Shown one piece after another: positions 28,294-30,661 of a stretch of DNA of 30,661 bases. A model generated the notes under the pieces. It worked only from the letters and a program-made list of their open reading frames with translations. It did not search any database and was not told the DNA's origin. The stretch lies in assembly GCA_015486655.1 (NCBI GenBank), contig WFRF01000194.1, positions 1-30,661 of the forward strand, read 5' to 3'. The position numbers and the translations under genes were made by a program. The stretch is from a candidate division WOR-3 bacterium. Lineage in GTDB: Bacteria; Hydrothermota; 32-111; QNBC01. Every line of letters begins with the position of its first letter. Positions within the stretch are counted from its first letter, which is position 1.

Positions 28294-28300
28294 TAACTTA

Positions 28301-30379
28301 ATGAAAAGAAATCTGTTAATGATTGATGATGACCGTTATAGTTTGGATACTACGGAGGAGATTATCCATACATATATGGATAATGTTAATGTGTTTACTG
28401 CTTTAAATGGAAAAGAAGGGATAAGATTGGCTAAAAAGCATAAGATGGATGTTGTTTTGCTTGATTTGAATATGCCTCAAATGAACGGTATAGAAGTTTG
28501 CAAGATTTTAAAGGATATGGATGAAACAAAATATACACCTGTTATATTTTTTACGGGAACGGATGTGGATTCTTCAGTCAGATCGCAAGCCCTTGCTGTT
28601 GGCGGAGATGAGTTTATATCAAAACCCATTCAGGTGGTTGAGCTTGTAGCGAGAATAAATGCTATGCTTCGGATTAAAAGAATGAGAGATAAGATAGAAG
28701 AAGAAAAGAAGATAGCGGAAGATAATTTATCTTATATGAAAATGTTTTGGGAATTTTCTTCGGAAATGTTAAAAACCGACGATTTATATGAATTGGCTGA
28801 TAAAATAACTCGTAACGGGGTTAGTCTTACAAATGCTTCCGGAGGATTTATAAATATATATGACAATATAGAAGATAAGTTTGTAAATCTATCCTTATTT
28901 AAAAAGGATTATAAAAAGGAATATACGTCATCTTTCGAAAAATTAAAATTCGTTGGTTTTACGGGATTGTCCTCTTTGATTGTTAATGATGTGAAATCAT
29001 ATTGCAAGAAAAATAAAATCGATGAGGCAAAACTTCCATTTAAAAACATGATAATAATACCGATTATTGCTAAAAAATATATTTTCGGTGTCCTGGTTTT
29101 ATTTGATAAAGAGAAAGGTTTTGATAAAGAAGATGTAATGAGAATGGAAACGTTTTCTAATTTTGCTTCCGGAGTTTTATATAATTTTTATTTCTCCCGA
29201 AAGCACCTTTCTCTATATGAACAACGTTATGAGTCGTTATTTAATTTAATAGACACTCCGCTTTTTATTGTTGATGACAAAGGGGAGTTTGTTGATTTAA
29301 ATGATGCTTTTGCCAGATTATTCGGGTGCAAGAACAAATACGAGCTTGATGCAAATAATTTTTTCGATCTAATTGAGGATAAGAGTGATGTGCTTTTTAT
29401 CAAAAGAGGCTTGGAAGTTAAGGACAGTATAAAAGGATTGCAAATTACATTAAAAGTTAATAAAAACGAGAAATTGAACGTTGTTTTGAATGTGGAGAAA
29501 GAAGGTGCTGTAAGCGAAGGAAAATATTACATAAAGGGAAGCTTATCCGAGTTATTAAAAATGACCGAAATTGAACGGAAAGGACAATTGTATAAAAGAA
29601 TAAACGATTTTCATACTATACTTGATAGAGAATTTTTAAATGAACCGAATAGAATATATCAAAATTGTGCGGAAATAATAAGAAAGGTTCTGGGATTTGA
29701 CGGCGTCATAATAGCTGTTTTCAATAGATATAATAAGGGATATAAAACATTGGGATCTTCCGGTTTAAAAGTCGAAGACGGTAGATATGATTTTAGTGAT
29801 GATGTATTAAATAAGATAAAATCCGGGGAGAAGAGTATATATAAATTTCAACAAAACTTATGGGGAACAAACAACATAGTAATACCTTTAAAAGAGAGAA
29901 AATCAAAGGTTGTCAGAGGATTTATTTCAATAATTTACAACGAGGATATTAAGGATAAAAGCACTTTAATGGAATCGATAATTACATTCGGAAATAGATT
30001 AATGAGTGAAATAGAACGACGTGAACTTGAAGAAAACATCGAATTCTACAGTTCATTGATAGATGTGCTTTTAAATGAGCATGAATCACCCATAGTTGTT
30101 ATAGATAAACTGTATACGATAAAGTATGCTAATTATGCGTTTAGGAAACTGATCGGAGTTGTTGATACAGAGGGAAAACATTGCTTTAAGTTTGTTCACA
30201 ATACGGATTTACCGGTAGATTTTTGCCCGATAGCCAAAGGGTTTATCGGGACGACAAAAAAGGAAGAAAAGTATTTCGAACCGTTTTTAAATAAAAATAT
30301 AATTGAATCTATCATACCGATTATAGGGACTAAAGGGAATTGGGGATATATATTGGAATTCAGAGACGATAAGAAATAA
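28301..30379 (+). CDS. Response-regulator receiver protein REC-GAF-PAS-GAF-PAS with no recognisable output domain
   Basis: LLMIDDD, VLLDLNMPQMNG (phospho-Asp), VIFFTG, FISKP; GAF-like IIIPII..YIFGVLVL and IVIPL..RGFI; PAS-like LFNLIDTPLFIVD..LNDAF and PIVVID..YANYAF..GKHCF. Start revised from 28208 to 28301 (in frame). Confidence 0.8.
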   Translation: MKRNLLMIDDDRYSLDTTEEIIHTYMDNVNVFTALNGKEGIRLAKKHKMDVVLLDLNMPQMNGIEVCKILKDMDETKYTPVIFFTGTDVDSSVRSQALAVGGDEFISKPIQVVELVARINAMLRIKRMRDKIEEEKKIAEDNLSYMKMFWEFSSEMLKTDDLYELADKITRNGVSLTNASGGFINIYDNIEDKFVNLSLFKKDYKKEYTSSFEKLKFVGFTGLSSLIVNDVKSYCKKNKIDEAKLPFKNMIIIPIIAKKYIFGVLVLFDKEKGFDKEDVMRMETFSNFASGVLYNFYFSRKHLSLYEQRYESLFNLIDTPLFIVDDKGEFVDLNDAFARLFGCKNKYELDANNFFDLIEDKSDVLFIKRGLEVKDSIKGLQITLKVNKNEKLNVVLNVEKEGAVSEGKYYIKGSLSELLKMTEIERKGQLYKRINDFHTILDREFLNEPNRIYQNCAEIIRKVLGFDGVIIAVFNRYNKGYKTLGSSGLKVEDGRYDFSDDVLNKIKSGEKSIYKFQQNLWGTNNIVIPLKERKSKVVRGFISIIYNEDIKDKSTLMESIITFGNRLMSEIERRELEENIEFYSSLIDVLLNEHESPIVVIDKLYTIKYANYAFRKLIGVVDTEGKHCFKFVHNTDLPVDFCPIAKGFIGTTKKEEKYFEPFLNKNIIESIIPIIGTKGNWGYILEFRDDKK

Positions 30380-30427
30380 AATAATCGATTGGAAGGTATT
30401 TTGTATGCATTTATCTGTCCCGCTTTA

Positions 30428-30559
30428 TAACTCGTGACGAAATCGTTTACTTCTTACAATCGGTCATTCCGAACTTGATCCGGAATCTCAATGAGCCCCA
30501 ACTTCCTACTTCTCACTTCTTACTTGAAAACTTGCGACGAAGTCGCTATACCTATCTAC
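30428..30559. repeat. Composite intergenic repeat element, copy 3 (short form)
   Basis: TAACTCGTGACGAAATCG 30428-30445 (15/18 to 19731-19748); GTCATTCCGAACTTGATCCGGAATCTCA 30463-30490; reverse heptamers 30500-30527; GCGAC-GAA-GTCGC 30534-30546; CCTATCTAC 30551-30559. Confidence 0.85.
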
Positions 30560-30579
30560 TCCGTTATACTTCATATAAC

Positions 30580-30608
30580 TTGATTTATGGCGTTCATTAT
30601 GCTATATT
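30580..30608 (+). promoter_or_regulatory. Extended -10 promoter in leaderless configuration
   Basis: TTGATT (30580-30585), 17 nt ending in TGc, TATATT (30603-30608), 7 nt, ATG 30616; no SD. Confidence 0.55.
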
Positions 30609-30615
30609 CAAAACT

Positions 30616-30661
30616 ATGAAAAATTTTAGATATTTTGTTCTTCTTTTCATTTTTACAACTG
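30616..30661 (+). CDS. 5' end of a probable exported protein (truncated by window end)
   Basis: MKNFRYFVLLFIFTT..., signal-peptide-like and open to the end of the window. Confidence 0.5.
   Translation, partial: MKNFRYFVLLFIFTT

Noticed and set aside
28208-28300. 31-aa N-terminal extension of the REC protein in the ORF track
   Set aside because: It is N/I-rich, collides with the divergent M23 start and covers the promoter. The receiver fold begins at ATG 28301.
9309-30559. Possible CRISPR array or IS element
   Set aside because: There are no regularly spaced identical repeats with unique spacers, no cas or transposase ORF, and no terminal inverted repeats with target duplication that I could identify.

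Overview
An AT-rich, gene-dense bacterial chromosomal window. The Omp85 barrel shows the organism is diderm, and a T9SS-like C-terminal domain suggests an FCB-superphylum-related anaerobe (inference). It carries: the 5' part of recJ with an upstream zinc-ribbon protein; a putative four-gene envelope operon (M6 metalloprotease/FG-GAP/CTD, DUF5683-like, small membrane protein, peptidase-PD40-Omp85 fusion); osmC; a sucC-like/sucD-like pair in front of a four-subunit 2-oxoacid:ferredoxin oxidoreductase (korDABC) and a ThrRS-N/uridine-kinase fusion; rfbB-rfbC-gmd; ArsR; an SPW protein; DUF89-deoB-DUF2062; a 7TM histidine kinase; leuS; an M23 peptidase; and a REC-GAF-PAS-GAF-PAS protein. I saw no rRNA, tRNA, CRISPR array or transposase. 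Three observations stand out. (1) The SucC/SucD homologues are intact and have good expression signals but lack every catalytic motif, including the phospho-His loop, so they are a candidate pseudoenzyme pair attached to the Kor operon. (2) A modular hairpin/heptamer repeat element occupies all three large intergenic regions, shows compensatory stem changes, and ends just upstream of sigma70-like promoters. (3) Several genes have a leaderless-mRNA architecture. All family calls come from motif recognition by eye; no searches were run.
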